64,000 bases of DNA from Nitrospirae bacterium MYbin3 (GTDB lineage Bacteria; Nitrospirota; Thermodesulfovibrionia; Thermodesulfovibrionales; Dissulfurispiraceae). Shown here piece after piece: positions 27,646 through 36,288 of this stretch. The stretch covers positions 1 through 64,000 of the forward strand of contig PEAD01000014.1 in assembly GCA_002753335.1 (NCBI GenBank), given 5' to 3'. How positions within the stretch are numbered: position 1 is the stretch's first letter; every line of letters begins with the position of its first letter. The notes under the pieces were generated by a model that did no database searches, was not told the origin of the DNA, and worked only from the letters and a program-made list of their open reading frames with translations. A program made the translations under genes and the position numbers.

Positions 27646-28506
27646 ATGGACGGCAATATCCTTGTTGTTGATGATGAAAAGATAGTGCTTAAAAGCTGCG
27701 AGAAGGTGCTCGCTCCTGAAGGCTACAAGGTTTCTACGGTTGCATCAGGGAGAGAGGCTCTCGACCTGCTCGACAAGAACCGTTATGATTTGATAATCAC
27801 GGATATTAAAATGCCAGAGATGGACGGCATAGAGTTTATAAGGCAGGCAAGGAAAAAGAACACTGACATAAATATTATTGTTATAACTGGCTATCCCTCT
27901 CAGGAAAGCATAAGAGAGGCGCTTAGTCTGAGGATCGTGGATTATCTTCCCAAGCCTTTTTCCCCTACTATTCTTCTGGATGTTGTTACAAGGGCGATGG
28001 AGATGAAAAAAATTGGCGTGGCTCCTCAGCCGGATGTTGAGGACTATACGGAAGAGATTGCGTCAAAACTGGATGCCATTATAAAGAAGTCCAGGAACAA
28101 GCTGGGCAGTCTTATACCTGTGCTTCAGGAGGCGCAGGAGCTTGTGGGATATCTGCCGCCGGTAGTTCTCAGGCATATATCGAGGGGGCTCAGGATTCCG
28201 TTGAGCGAGGTTCACGGCGTGGTTTCATTTTATTCCTACTTCACCATGAAGCCGAGAGGCAAACATAATATAAGGATATGCCTCGGGACCGCCTGTTATG
28301 TAAAGGGCGCAGAAGAAATAGTGAAGAAGCTGACAGAGAACCTGCATATAGATGTAGGCAGCGTTACAGAGGACAAGAAATTTTCGCTTGAATCGGTGCG
28401 TTGTCTGGGGGCCTGCGGACTTGCGCCGGTTGTTGTTATAGGCAAGGATACTCATGGTTCTGTGAACCCTGTGGATACTATGGACCTGCTTACAAATTAT
28501 CAATAA
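27646..28506 (+). CDS. Receiver domain fused to NuoE/HydC/HndA [2Fe-2S] subunit
   Basis: Receiver motifs DDE/TDIKMP/TG/KP; then LIPVLQEAQ, VVSFY, CLGTACYVKG and CLGACGLAP. Confidence 0.9.
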   Translation: MDGNILVVDDEKIVLKSCEKVLAPEGYKVSTVASGREALDLLDKNRYDLIITDIKMPEMDGIEFIRQARKKNTDINIIVITGYPSQESIREALSLRIVDYLPKPFSPTILLDVVTRAMEMKKIGVAPQPDVEDYTEEIASKLDAIIKKSRNKLGSLIPVLQEAQELVGYLPPVVLRHISRGLRIPLSEVHGVVSFYSYFTMKPRGKHNIRICLGTACYVKGAEEIVKKLTENLHIDVGSVTEDKKFSLESVRCLGACGLAPVVVIGKDTHGSVNPVDTMDLLTNYQ

Positions 28507-28535
28507 GCATATAGAAAAGGAATTCAGGAGGTTTT

Positions 28536-28919
28536 ATGGCGAAGCTTACGATTGACGACTTGAAAAAAATAAAAGACAACTACAAAGCTACGATGACAGT
28601 CAGGGACGGCGGCTCCCGCGCCAAGGTGACGGTGCATATGGGAACCTGCGGGATTACGGCCGGAGCGCGCAAGGTTATGGAAGCGCTGCTTGACGAGATA
28701 AGCAAAAATAACATTACTGACACTATTGTGACCACGAGCGGCTGCGCCGGTTTTTGCAGCAAAGAGCCTATGGTTACGGTTGAGCTCCTTGGTTCATCAC
28801 CTGTGAAATATATAACGATGGACGAGGACAAGATGCGCAAGGTTGTAAAAGAGCATTTGTTGGGCGGCAAGATTGTTGAGGACTGCGCCCTCGTAGCAGG
28901 CAACGAGTCCTCATATTAA
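28536..28919 (+). CDS. Thioredoxin-like [2Fe-2S] ferredoxin (HndB/HydD-like)
   Basis: VHMGTCGITAGAR and SGCAGFCSKEP motifs. Confidence 0.87.
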   Translation: MAKLTIDDLKKIKDNYKATMTVRDGGSRAKVTVHMGTCGITAGARKVMEALLDEISKNNITDTIVTTSGCAGFCSKEPMVTVELLGSSPVKYITMDEDKMRKVVKEHLLGGKIVEDCALVAGNESSY

Positions 28920-28955
28920 TACAGGTGAAATTTATTTAATGAAAATAAAAAAATT

Positions 28956-29019
28956 AACCACAGAGGTCTCAGAGAAAAAGCTTTTCAGGTCTTTTAATAA
29001 CTCGGTGTTCTCTGTGGTT
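28956..29019. repeat. REP-like palindromic element (copy 2)
   Basis: AACCACAGAG...CTCTGTGGTT perfect 10-bp arms with an imperfect inner extension. Confidence 0.65.
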
Positions 29020-29039
29020 GTCTTTTAACAGGAGGATAA

Positions 29040-30914
29040 ATGGAAAATTATCGTGCGAGTGTTATGCTGTGCGGCGGGACCGGTTGTATGGCCGGCGACA
29101 GCCTTAAGATAAAGGATGCGTTTACTGATGAACTTAACAAAAGAGGGCTGTCCCATGAGATAAATGTTGTTATTACCGGCTGCAACGGCTTCTGTGCTCA
29201 GGGGCCGGTAATGACCGTCTATCCGGATGACATCTTTTACGAAAAGGTGAAAGTAGCCGATGTTCCTCTGATAATAGAAGAGCATTTTATCAAGGGACGG
29301 CCTGTAGAAAAGCTCATGTACAAAGAGCTTGCGAAGAAGAGCGCTATCCCTCTTATGAAGGATATCCCGTTTTTCAGTCTTCAGGTTTTGAGGGCGTTGA
29401 GAAATAAAGGCCTCATAGACCCCGAAAAGATAGAAGAGTACATTGCAAGGGACGGATATATGGCGGCTGCAAAGGCGCTTAACGAAATGACTCCCGAACA
29501 GGTTATAGATGAGATGAAACGCTCAGGGCTGAGAGGCCGCGGCGGCGCTGGATTTCCTACCGGACTTAAATGGGAACTGAGCGCAAAAGTTAAAGGCGGC
29601 GAAAAATTTATCATCTGCAACGGCGATGAGGGCGATCCCGGAGCCTTTATGGATAGAAGCATCATGGAAGGCGACCCGCATGTTGTGCTGGAAGGCATGC
29701 TAATAGGTGCTAGAGCTATCGGAGCAAGCAAGGGATATATTTATGTCAGAGCTGAGTATCCACTTGCGGTTCAGAGGCTTCAGATAGCTATAGATCAGGC
29801 AAAGGAGTTCGGTCTTTTAGGTGACAATATACTTGGATCAGGATTTAATTTCGATATCGAGATTTATCAGGGCGCAGGAGCCTTTGTATGCGGCGAGGCG
29901 ACAGCGTTGATGAGATCGATAGAGGGCAAGCGCGGTATGCCGAGGCCTAAGTTCTGGCGTTCTGCGGTAAAAGGTCTTTGGGACAAGCCTACTGTTTTGA
30001 ACAATGTCGAAACCTTCGCAAATATTCCGCAGATAATTCTTAATGGAGCATCATGGTACACAAGCCTCGGCACAGAAAAATCAACAGGCACCAAAGTTTT
30101 TGCGCTCAGCGGCGCGATAAACAATATCGGTCTTATCGAAGTGCCTATGGGCATTCCTCTCAGCAAGATAATCTATGATATCGGCGGCGGTGTTCCGAAG
30201 GGTAGGAAGTTCAAGGCTGTTCAGCTCGGCGGTCCGTCGGGCGGCTGCATACCTGAATCACTGATAGACACCCCGGTCACTTTTGAAGACATCGTGAAGA
30301 CCGGCGCTATTATTGGCTCGGGCGGAATGGTTGTTATGAACGATCTGAACTGCATGGTCAGTGTTTCTAAATTCTTTCTTGAGTTCACAACCGAAGAGTC
30401 ATGCGGAAAATGCCCGCCCTGCAGGATAGGCAACACAGTGCTGCAGGATCTCTTGGAGAAGATAACTAAAGGCGAAGGAGAGGAAGGGGACATCGAGCTT
30501 ATCGAAGATATCTCGCATGAAATAATAAAGACCTCTCTCTGCGGTTTGGGACAGACTTCGCCTAACCCTGTTTTAACTTCCATCAGATATTTCAGGAGTG
30601 AATTTGAGGAGCATGCAGGGGACAAGTGGTGCAGAACAGGGGTCTGCAAGGACCTATGCACCTTCTATATTGAAGAAGAAAAATGTAAGGCATGCGGAGC
30701 CTGCAAGAGGGTCTGCCCGCAGAAGGCGATAATCGGCGAGAAGAAGGTGCCGCATCGCATTGACCAATCACTCTGCGTTCAGTGCCGCTCATGCTATACG
30801 GTTTGCAAGTTCGATTCTGTCAAGATAGGGCCCCGCGCAATGAGGGACCAGCTTCTTGAGCAGTGGGTAAGCGATTCCGGCAAGACGGTTGCCATGGCAG
30901 GTAAGGAGGAATAG
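29040..30914 (+). CDS. NuoF/HydB/HndC-type flavin subunit with N-terminal Trx-like Fe-S and C-terminal 2x[4Fe-4S]
   Basis: GRGGAGFPTGLKW, DEGDPGAFMDR, GAGAFVCGEATAL, GGPSGG, SCGKCPPCR, LCGLG, H..DK.C...VC and two CxxCxxCxxxC motifs. Confidence 0.93.
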   Translation: MENYRASVMLCGGTGCMAGDSLKIKDAFTDELNKRGLSHEINVVITGCNGFCAQGPVMTVYPDDIFYEKVKVADVPLIIEEHFIKGRPVEKLMYKELAKKSAIPLMKDIPFFSLQVLRALRNKGLIDPEKIEEYIARDGYMAAAKALNEMTPEQVIDEMKRSGLRGRGGAGFPTGLKWELSAKVKGGEKFIICNGDEGDPGAFMDRSIMEGDPHVVLEGMLIGARAIGASKGYIYVRAEYPLAVQRLQIAIDQAKEFGLLGDNILGSGFNFDIEIYQGAGAFVCGEATALMRSIEGKRGMPRPKFWRSAVKGLWDKPTVLNNVETFANIPQIILNGASWYTSLGTEKSTGTKVFALSGAINNIGLIEVPMGIPLSKIIYDIGGGVPKGRKFKAVQLGGPSGGCIPESLIDTPVTFEDIVKTGAIIGSGGMVVMNDLNCMVSVSKFFLEFTTEESCGKCPPCRIGNTVLQDLLEKITKGEGEEGDIELIEDISHEIIKTSLCGLGQTSPNPVLTSIRYFRSEFEEHAGDKWCRTGVCKDLCTFYIEEEKCKACGACKRVCPQKAIIGEKKVPHRIDQSLCVQCRSCYTVCKFDSVKIGPRAMRDQLLEQWVSDSGKTVAMAGKEE

Positions 30915-30917
30915 AAA

Positions 30918-33380
30918 ATGAATTTAGTTGAGCTTACTATAAACGGAAAAACGGTCAAGGCAGCAAAAGGTGCGACCATACTGCAGGCCGCTCTTAAGAA
31001 CGGGATTTACATACCCAATCTTTGCTACGACCGCAGACTTAGTCCATATGGCGGCTGCAGAATGTGTGTTGTAGAGGTTGAAGGACAGAAAGGGTTGTCT
31101 GCTGCATGCTCCACTCAGATTAGGGAAGGTATGGTTGTGTTCACAGAAACGCCGGTTGTAGCCAAGTCGCGCAAGGCGGTTCTCGAACTTTTACTTTTAC
31201 ACCACCCGCTCGACTGCCCTGTTTGCGACAAGGCCGGCGAATGCAAGCTGCAGGATATGGCCTACAAGTACGGCTCGACCAGCAATAGGTTCTCGGCCTC
31301 GAGAAAGGATGAGCCTGAACGCCTTGACTCTCCTGTTGTTGAGCGCAATCCGAACAGATGTATTTTATGTGGCCTCTGCGTGAGGATATGCCAGGACCAT
31401 CAGGGCGTCGGAGCTATTAATTTTATAGGCAGAGGCTTTAAGACCAAGATAAGCCCTGCGTTTGAGGAGACTCTCGACTGCGAATTCTGCGGTCAGTGTA
31501 TTGATGTCTGCCCGGTAGGGGCGCTCGGCAGCAAGACATACAGGTTTATGTCGAGAGTCTGGTACATGAATGAAGAAGAGATGATATGCCCTTATTGTGG
31601 CTGCGGATGCACCACAAACCTGAGTGTTCGTCAGGGAAAAATTATCAGGGGCAGAGGCAAGGAAGGCGTAGGGATAAACGACGGAGACCTGTGTGGCAAG
31701 GGCAGATACGGCTTTGATTATATTTATGCAGAAAACAGGCTCAAGACTCCGATGATAAGAAAAGAAGGAAACCTTGTGCGGGCTTCATGGGACGAAGCGC
31801 TTAAATATGTGGCAGAACGGATGGGCAGTATAATCGAGAAACACGGGCCGGCGTCCGTAGGCGCAATAGGCTCTCAGAGGTGTTCTATAGAAGATAACTT
31901 CATGCTCCAGAAGTTTATGCGCGAAGCTGTTGGAACGGACAACATAGATTCTGCCGCACGCTTCGGATATGCAAAGGCGCATAAGGCTATGGAGAAATCG
32001 TTTGGATCTGATTTTATGCCTATCGGCTGGGAGGCTCCGCTTAACGCAAAGTTCCTGCTTGTTATAGAATCGGACATAACTTCTGCTATGCCTGTATGGG
32101 GGCTTAACTTCATTCTTGCCAGAAACAACGGTGCACATCTTGCTGTTGCTGACTCCAAAGAAACAAAGCTTGTGAGAAACAGCAGCCAATGGATTCGTCT
32201 AGTGCCCGGCACGGGCGTTGCTCTCCTGAACGGCATGATGAAGGTGATTATTGATGAAGGACTTTACGACAAAGAAAAAGCGCAGGGGATACAAAACTTC
32301 TCGGCGCTTGAAAGTTCTCTCAAGGATTATACTCCGGCAGCGGTCTCTGCTATAACAGGAGTTTCTGAGGATGAGATTAGGAATCTCGCACGCGAATATT
32401 CTTCCGCAAAAAGCAGGTTGGTTGCTATGACATCCGGCGCATCAGAGAATATAAAAAGCCTGAACACCATGCTTGCTGGAGCCAATCTGGTGATGCTTCT
32501 CGGCGACAGTCCCGACACATTGCAGATTCCTGCAGAATTTTCTAATACCCTTGGAATGTGGTCTGCAGGTGTAAGGCCTGCTGAGCAGGGCAAGGAAATG
32601 CAGGAGATGCTTTACGCTAAAGATGCAAGCCTAAAGGCGTTGTACATAATGGGAGAAAATCCGATCGTTACATTCCATGACGTTGCCGCTGTTGAAAATA
32701 CGCTTAAGGGCATGGAGCTGCTTGTGGTTCAGGATATTTTCCTTACCGATACCGCAAAGATGGCGGATGTTGTGCTTCCTGCATGCAGCTGGGCAGAGAA
32801 GGATGGAACCTTCATGTCGGCTGCCGGAGCTGTTCAAAAAATAAGGAAGATCGTTAAGGAGACGGGCGAAGCGATTCCGGACTGGGAGATATTTGTCAGG
32901 CTCTCAAAAGCGATGGGAAAAGATTTAGGACTGAATTCAGTTGCTGAAATAAGCGCACAGGTCAGCGAAAAACTTTCGACTCTCGGAAAAAATGATTTGA
33001 AACTTTCGTTCAATCCTGCGGCGTACGAACTTATCGAGAATTCGAGCAGTGAATTCCCGATGCTTCTTGTGACCGCAAATATTCTGCAGCATTCGGGCGC
33101 ACTTTCATCGCTTTCGAGAAACCTTGACTCTGTGGTTTCTGATGCGTATCTGGAATTGAGTCCTGCTGATGCCGAGAAATACAAAATCATAAATGAGAGT
33201 TATGTTAAGGTCATTTCTAAGAGGGGCGAGATTCTCCTTAAAGCCATTATATCTAACGAAGTGCCCGAGAAAACGGTGTTTGTGCCTATACATTTTGCCC
33301 ATGCAAAGGTAAATACTCTTACCTATCCTGCTGTCAATGGAGGCATTCCTCTCGTGCCGGTGAGAATAGAACCGGCTTAA
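30918..33380 (+). CDS. NuoG/SfrA/FdhA-like Fe-S protein with molybdopterin-oxidoreductase fold, likely non-catalytic
   Basis: N-terminal 2Fe-2S (GGCRMC), HPLDCPVC, CILCGLC, CEFCGQC and CPYCGCGC...LC.KG; NIDSAARFG lacks the Mo/W-ligating Cys/Sec of formate dehydrogenases. Confidence 0.85.
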   Translation: MNLVELTINGKTVKAAKGATILQAALKNGIYIPNLCYDRRLSPYGGCRMCVVEVEGQKGLSAACSTQIREGMVVFTETPVVAKSRKAVLELLLLHHPLDCPVCDKAGECKLQDMAYKYGSTSNRFSASRKDEPERLDSPVVERNPNRCILCGLCVRICQDHQGVGAINFIGRGFKTKISPAFEETLDCEFCGQCIDVCPVGALGSKTYRFMSRVWYMNEEEMICPYCGCGCTTNLSVRQGKIIRGRGKEGVGINDGDLCGKGRYGFDYIYAENRLKTPMIRKEGNLVRASWDEALKYVAERMGSIIEKHGPASVGAIGSQRCSIEDNFMLQKFMREAVGTDNIDSAARFGYAKAHKAMEKSFGSDFMPIGWEAPLNAKFLLVIESDITSAMPVWGLNFILARNNGAHLAVADSKETKLVRNSSQWIRLVPGTGVALLNGMMKVIIDEGLYDKEKAQGIQNFSALESSLKDYTPAAVSAITGVSEDEIRNLAREYSSAKSRLVAMTSGASENIKSLNTMLAGANLVMLLGDSPDTLQIPAEFSNTLGMWSAGVRPAEQGKEMQEMLYAKDASLKALYIMGENPIVTFHDVAAVENTLKGMELLVVQDIFLTDTAKMADVVLPACSWAEKDGTFMSAAGAVQKIRKIVKETGEAIPDWEIFVRLSKAMGKDLGLNSVAEISAQVSEKLSTLGKNDLKLSFNPAAYELIENSSSEFPMLLVTANILQHSGALSSLSRNLDSVVSDAYLELSPADAEKYKIINESYVKVISKRGEILLKAIISNEVPEKTVFVPIHFAHAKVNTLTYPAVNGGIPLVPVRIEPA

Positions 33381-34039
33381 TGGGGAAAACCTTATTTGAT
33401 TGCATTGATGAACGATATGATTTCCTGAACCGCCTCTTCTCCGCCTGTCTGGATATATGGTGGAGGAGAGTGATGGTCAAAAAGCTTTCGCCATCCAAAG
33501 ATATGTTGGTGCTGGACCTTGCAACCGGCACAGGCGACAGCGCAAGCGGGATGCTCGATAAGGACGTTCGTGTTATCGGTCTTGACCTCAGCCTGAACAT
33601 GCTTGCGAGAGCGAAACAAAAGATTCAAAATTCTTTTTATCAGTTATCTGCAGGCACGGTCTATTCACTTCCGTTCAGAGATGGAATTTTTGACGGGCTG
33701 ACATGCGCTTTTGGCATAAGGAATATGCATGAAACCGCAAAGGCTCTAGATGAGATATTTCGTGTGATGAAAAAGGGCGGCAAGATTGTGATACTCGAGT
33801 TTTCGATGCCGAGGTCTTTTATAAGGATTCCGTACAACTTTTACCTTAAGAAGGTTATGCCTGCGGTTGCGGCCCTGTTTTCTGAAAGGGACGCGTACCT
33901 GTATCTCGCTGAATCGATCGAGGCTTTTCACAGTCCGGATGAACTTTGCAGGCTGATAGAAACAGCGGGCTTTGTGTCTTGCAAGAAAACAGCGCTATGT
34001 TTTGGAAACGTCTATATACACGAAGCGGTTAAACCATGA
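33380..34039 (+). CDS. ubiE: UbiE/MenG-family quinone methyltransferase
   Basis: RYD..N...S...D..WRR, VLDLATGTGD, AFGIRN, ILEFS and Y.YLAESI motifs. Confidence 0.85.
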   Translation: MGKTLFDCIDERYDFLNRLFSACLDIWWRRVMVKKLSPSKDMLVLDLATGTGDSASGMLDKDVRVIGLDLSLNMLARAKQKIQNSFYQLSAGTVYSLPFRDGIFDGLTCAFGIRNMHETAKALDEIFRVMKKGGKIVILEFSMPRSFIRIPYNFYLKKVMPAVAALFSERDAYLYLAESIEAFHSPDELCRLIETAGFVSCKKTALCFGNVYIHEAVKP

Positions 34040-34102
34040 CAGTATTAAATAATATAAAAGGGAGTATTGCTCGGCTGGAAGCAATGCGCATGCGATCACG
34101 AT

Positions 34103-34744
34103 ATGGATAGACTTTACAAAGGCATTTGGAATTTTCAGAAATCGCACTTCAGGGAGGAAGCAGATTTTTTTCGCAGACTGTCCGAAGGGCAGTCGCCAGA
34201 GGTTCTTTTTATTACATGCTCTGACGCGCGGGTTGATCCTAATCTGGTCACTCAGAGTAGGCCGGGTGAACTTTTTATTGTTCGCAACGTGGGCAATATT
34301 ATTCCTCCATACGGCTCTATAAAAGATAAAAACAGCGTTGCTGCGGCAATAGAGTTTGCTGTATTAGACTTAAAGGTGAAAGATATAATCGTCTGTGGTC
34401 ATTCCAATTGTGGTGCAATGCAGGCGCTTTATAGGGATGAAAGTGAAATTTGCAACATGCCACATTTAAAAGAGTGGCTTCAAATGGCTGATCCGGTGAA
34501 AGACATTATTCTAAAACATTATATAACGGCTCCTGAAGAAATCCGTCATAGAGTTACCGAGGAGGAAAATATCCTCCTCCAATTGAATAATATACAGACT
34601 TATCCTTTTGTCAGGAATGCATTAGATGAAAGCACGCTTCATCTTCATGGCTGGTACTATGATATAGGAACAGGGTTTATCTATTATTACAACTCAGAAG
34701 AAGATGTTTTCGAGCTTATCCGCGAACGGAATATGAGGAAATAA
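34103..34744 (+). CDS. Beta-class carbonic anhydrase
   Basis: CSDAR, GELFIVRNVGN, GHSNCGAM and HGWYYDI. Start is ATG 34103 or TTG 34067. Confidence 0.93.
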   Translation: MDRLYKGIWNFQKSHFREEADFFRRLSEGQSPEVLFITCSDARVDPNLVTQSRPGELFIVRNVGNIIPPYGSIKDKNSVAAAIEFAVLDLKVKDIIVCGHSNCGAMQALYRDESEICNMPHLKEWLQMADPVKDIILKHYITAPEEIRHRVTEEENILLQLNNIQTYPFVRNALDESTLHLHGWYYDIGTGFIYYYNSEEDVFELIRERNMRK

Positions 34745-34746
34745 TT

Positions 34747-35448
34747 ATGACAGCATTTATAGCTTCGCTTATATTTGTGGTGCTTGCAGAGATGGGAGAC
34801 AAAACACAGCTTCTTGCAATGGCCTTTGCCTGTAAGTTTCGCTGGCAGACGGTCATGTGGGGAGTGTTTGTCGCAACCGCGGTCAATCATCTGCTTGCTG
34901 CAGCAGCAGGCAGTTACCTCGCCACGGTTATCCCAATGGTCTATATCAAGGTAGCAGCAGCAGTTTCATTCATAATATTCGGCCTCTGGACAATCAGGGG
35001 CGACACATTGGAAGGTGAAGACAATAAATACAACTGCAGTCCGTTCTGGACCGTTACCATAGCTTTTTTTATGGCAGAAATGGGTGACAAGACTCAGCTT
35101 GCAACAATAGCCCTTGCTGTCGAGTATAACACTATAATAACCGTCTGGATGGGCACCACCATAGGCATGGTAATATCTAACGGTTTTGGTATTATTGTTG
35201 GCAATGTCATGGGCAAACATATTCCCGAACGCGCAATCAAATGGGTCTCGGCTCTTGTATTTATAGCATTTGGCGGATACGGGCTGTACGAAAATCTGCC
35301 GCCTTATGTGTGGAGTCTGCCGATTATAAGTGCAAGCCTTATAGTGCTTGCAGCAGCCATTTATTGCGCGGCAAGGTTGGGCGCTGGAGTAAAAAACCAA
35401 CTGCCTGTTTGTGAAAATCTAGAAACTATTACATCAAATAAGGAGTAG
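34747..35448 (+). CDS. TMEM165/GDT1 (UPF0016) cation exporter
   Basis: Two AEMGDKTQL motifs; about 6-7 TM segments. Confidence 0.93.
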   Translation: MTAFIASLIFVVLAEMGDKTQLLAMAFACKFRWQTVMWGVFVATAVNHLLAAAAGSYLATVIPMVYIKVAAAVSFIIFGLWTIRGDTLEGEDNKYNCSPFWTVTIAFFMAEMGDKTQLATIALAVEYNTIITVWMGTTIGMVISNGFGIIVGNVMGKHIPERAIKWVSALVFIAFGGYGLYENLPPYVWSLPIISASLIVLAAAIYCAARLGAGVKNQLPVCENLETITSNKE

Positions 35449-35483
35449 TAGGTATAAATCTCTAAGACAGGGGGGAAGCAGCG

Positions 35484-36209
35484 ATGGAATGGGCAACTAA
35501 TCCTGATATATGGATAAGCCTCATTACACTTACGGCGCTTGAGATTATTTTGGGTATCGACAACATCGTTGTAATATCCATACTTGCGGGCAAGCTCCCC
35601 AAGAATCAGCAGCCAAAGGCGAGGTTTGTGGGCATAAGTCTGGCGCTTGTAACACGTTTGCTGCTGCTTTTAAGCATTGTATGGCTTGCAGGGCTTACCG
35701 CGCCTTTGTTTAGCTTATTGGGCCGCGCTATATCAATTCGAGATCTCATAATGATAGGTGGCGGACTGTTCCTGCTTGTGAAAGGCACGCATGAAATTCA
35801 CTGTGTATTCGAGACTCCGGAGGACAAAATAAAGGAAGGGGCCGGTCGTACGTTTTCTGTGATCATCTTTCAAATTGTGATGATGGATATTGTATTTTCT
35901 CTCGATTCTGTGATAACTGCGGTTGGCATGGCCCAGCATATCGGAGTAATGGTAGCTGCTGTTGTTATAGCTGTTTTCATTATGCTTGTGGCTTCTGGCA
36001 CCATAAGCTCTTTTATCCATAAACACCAGTCACTGAAAATGCTCGCTCTGAGCTTTCTTCTGATGGTTGGTGTTACGCTGATTGCCGAGGGACTTGCTTT
36101 TCATATTCCCAAAGGGTATATCTATTTTGCGATGGGATTTTCGGGTACAGTAGAAACCCTGAATATACTGGCAGGCAGTAGAAAGAAAGCTGTCACAGCT
36201 GTGCAATGA
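35484..36209 (+). CDS. TerC-family membrane protein
   Basis: LEIILGIDN, DIVFSLDSVITAVG and IPKGYIYFAMGFS motifs. Confidence 0.93.
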   Translation: MEWATNPDIWISLITLTALEIILGIDNIVVISILAGKLPKNQQPKARFVGISLALVTRLLLLLSIVWLAGLTAPLFSLLGRAISIRDLIMIGGGLFLLVKGTHEIHCVFETPEDKIKEGAGRTFSVIIFQIVMMDIVFSLDSVITAVGMAQHIGVMVAAVVIAVFIMLVASGTISSFIHKHQSLKMLALSFLLMVGVTLIAEGLAFHIPKGYIYFAMGFSGTVETLNILAGSRKKAVTAVQ

Positions 36210-36288
36210 TTGAACAAAAATTTTAAAATCCTTGTGTTTAACGTCTCCAATTGATAAAATTAAAAATATTTGCAACTGAGGAGGATTT

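Noticed and set aside
30918..33380. Formate dehydrogenase alpha subunit / selenoprotein
   Set aside because: No Cys/Sec-His at the catalytic position (NIDSAARFG) and no in-frame TGA
34055..34092. yybP-ykoY Mn riboswitch upstream of CA-GDT1-TerC
   Set aside because: AAGGGAGTA and a small hairpin (ATTGCT/AGCAAT) are present, but the region is too short and lacks the downstream GAGACC-type element
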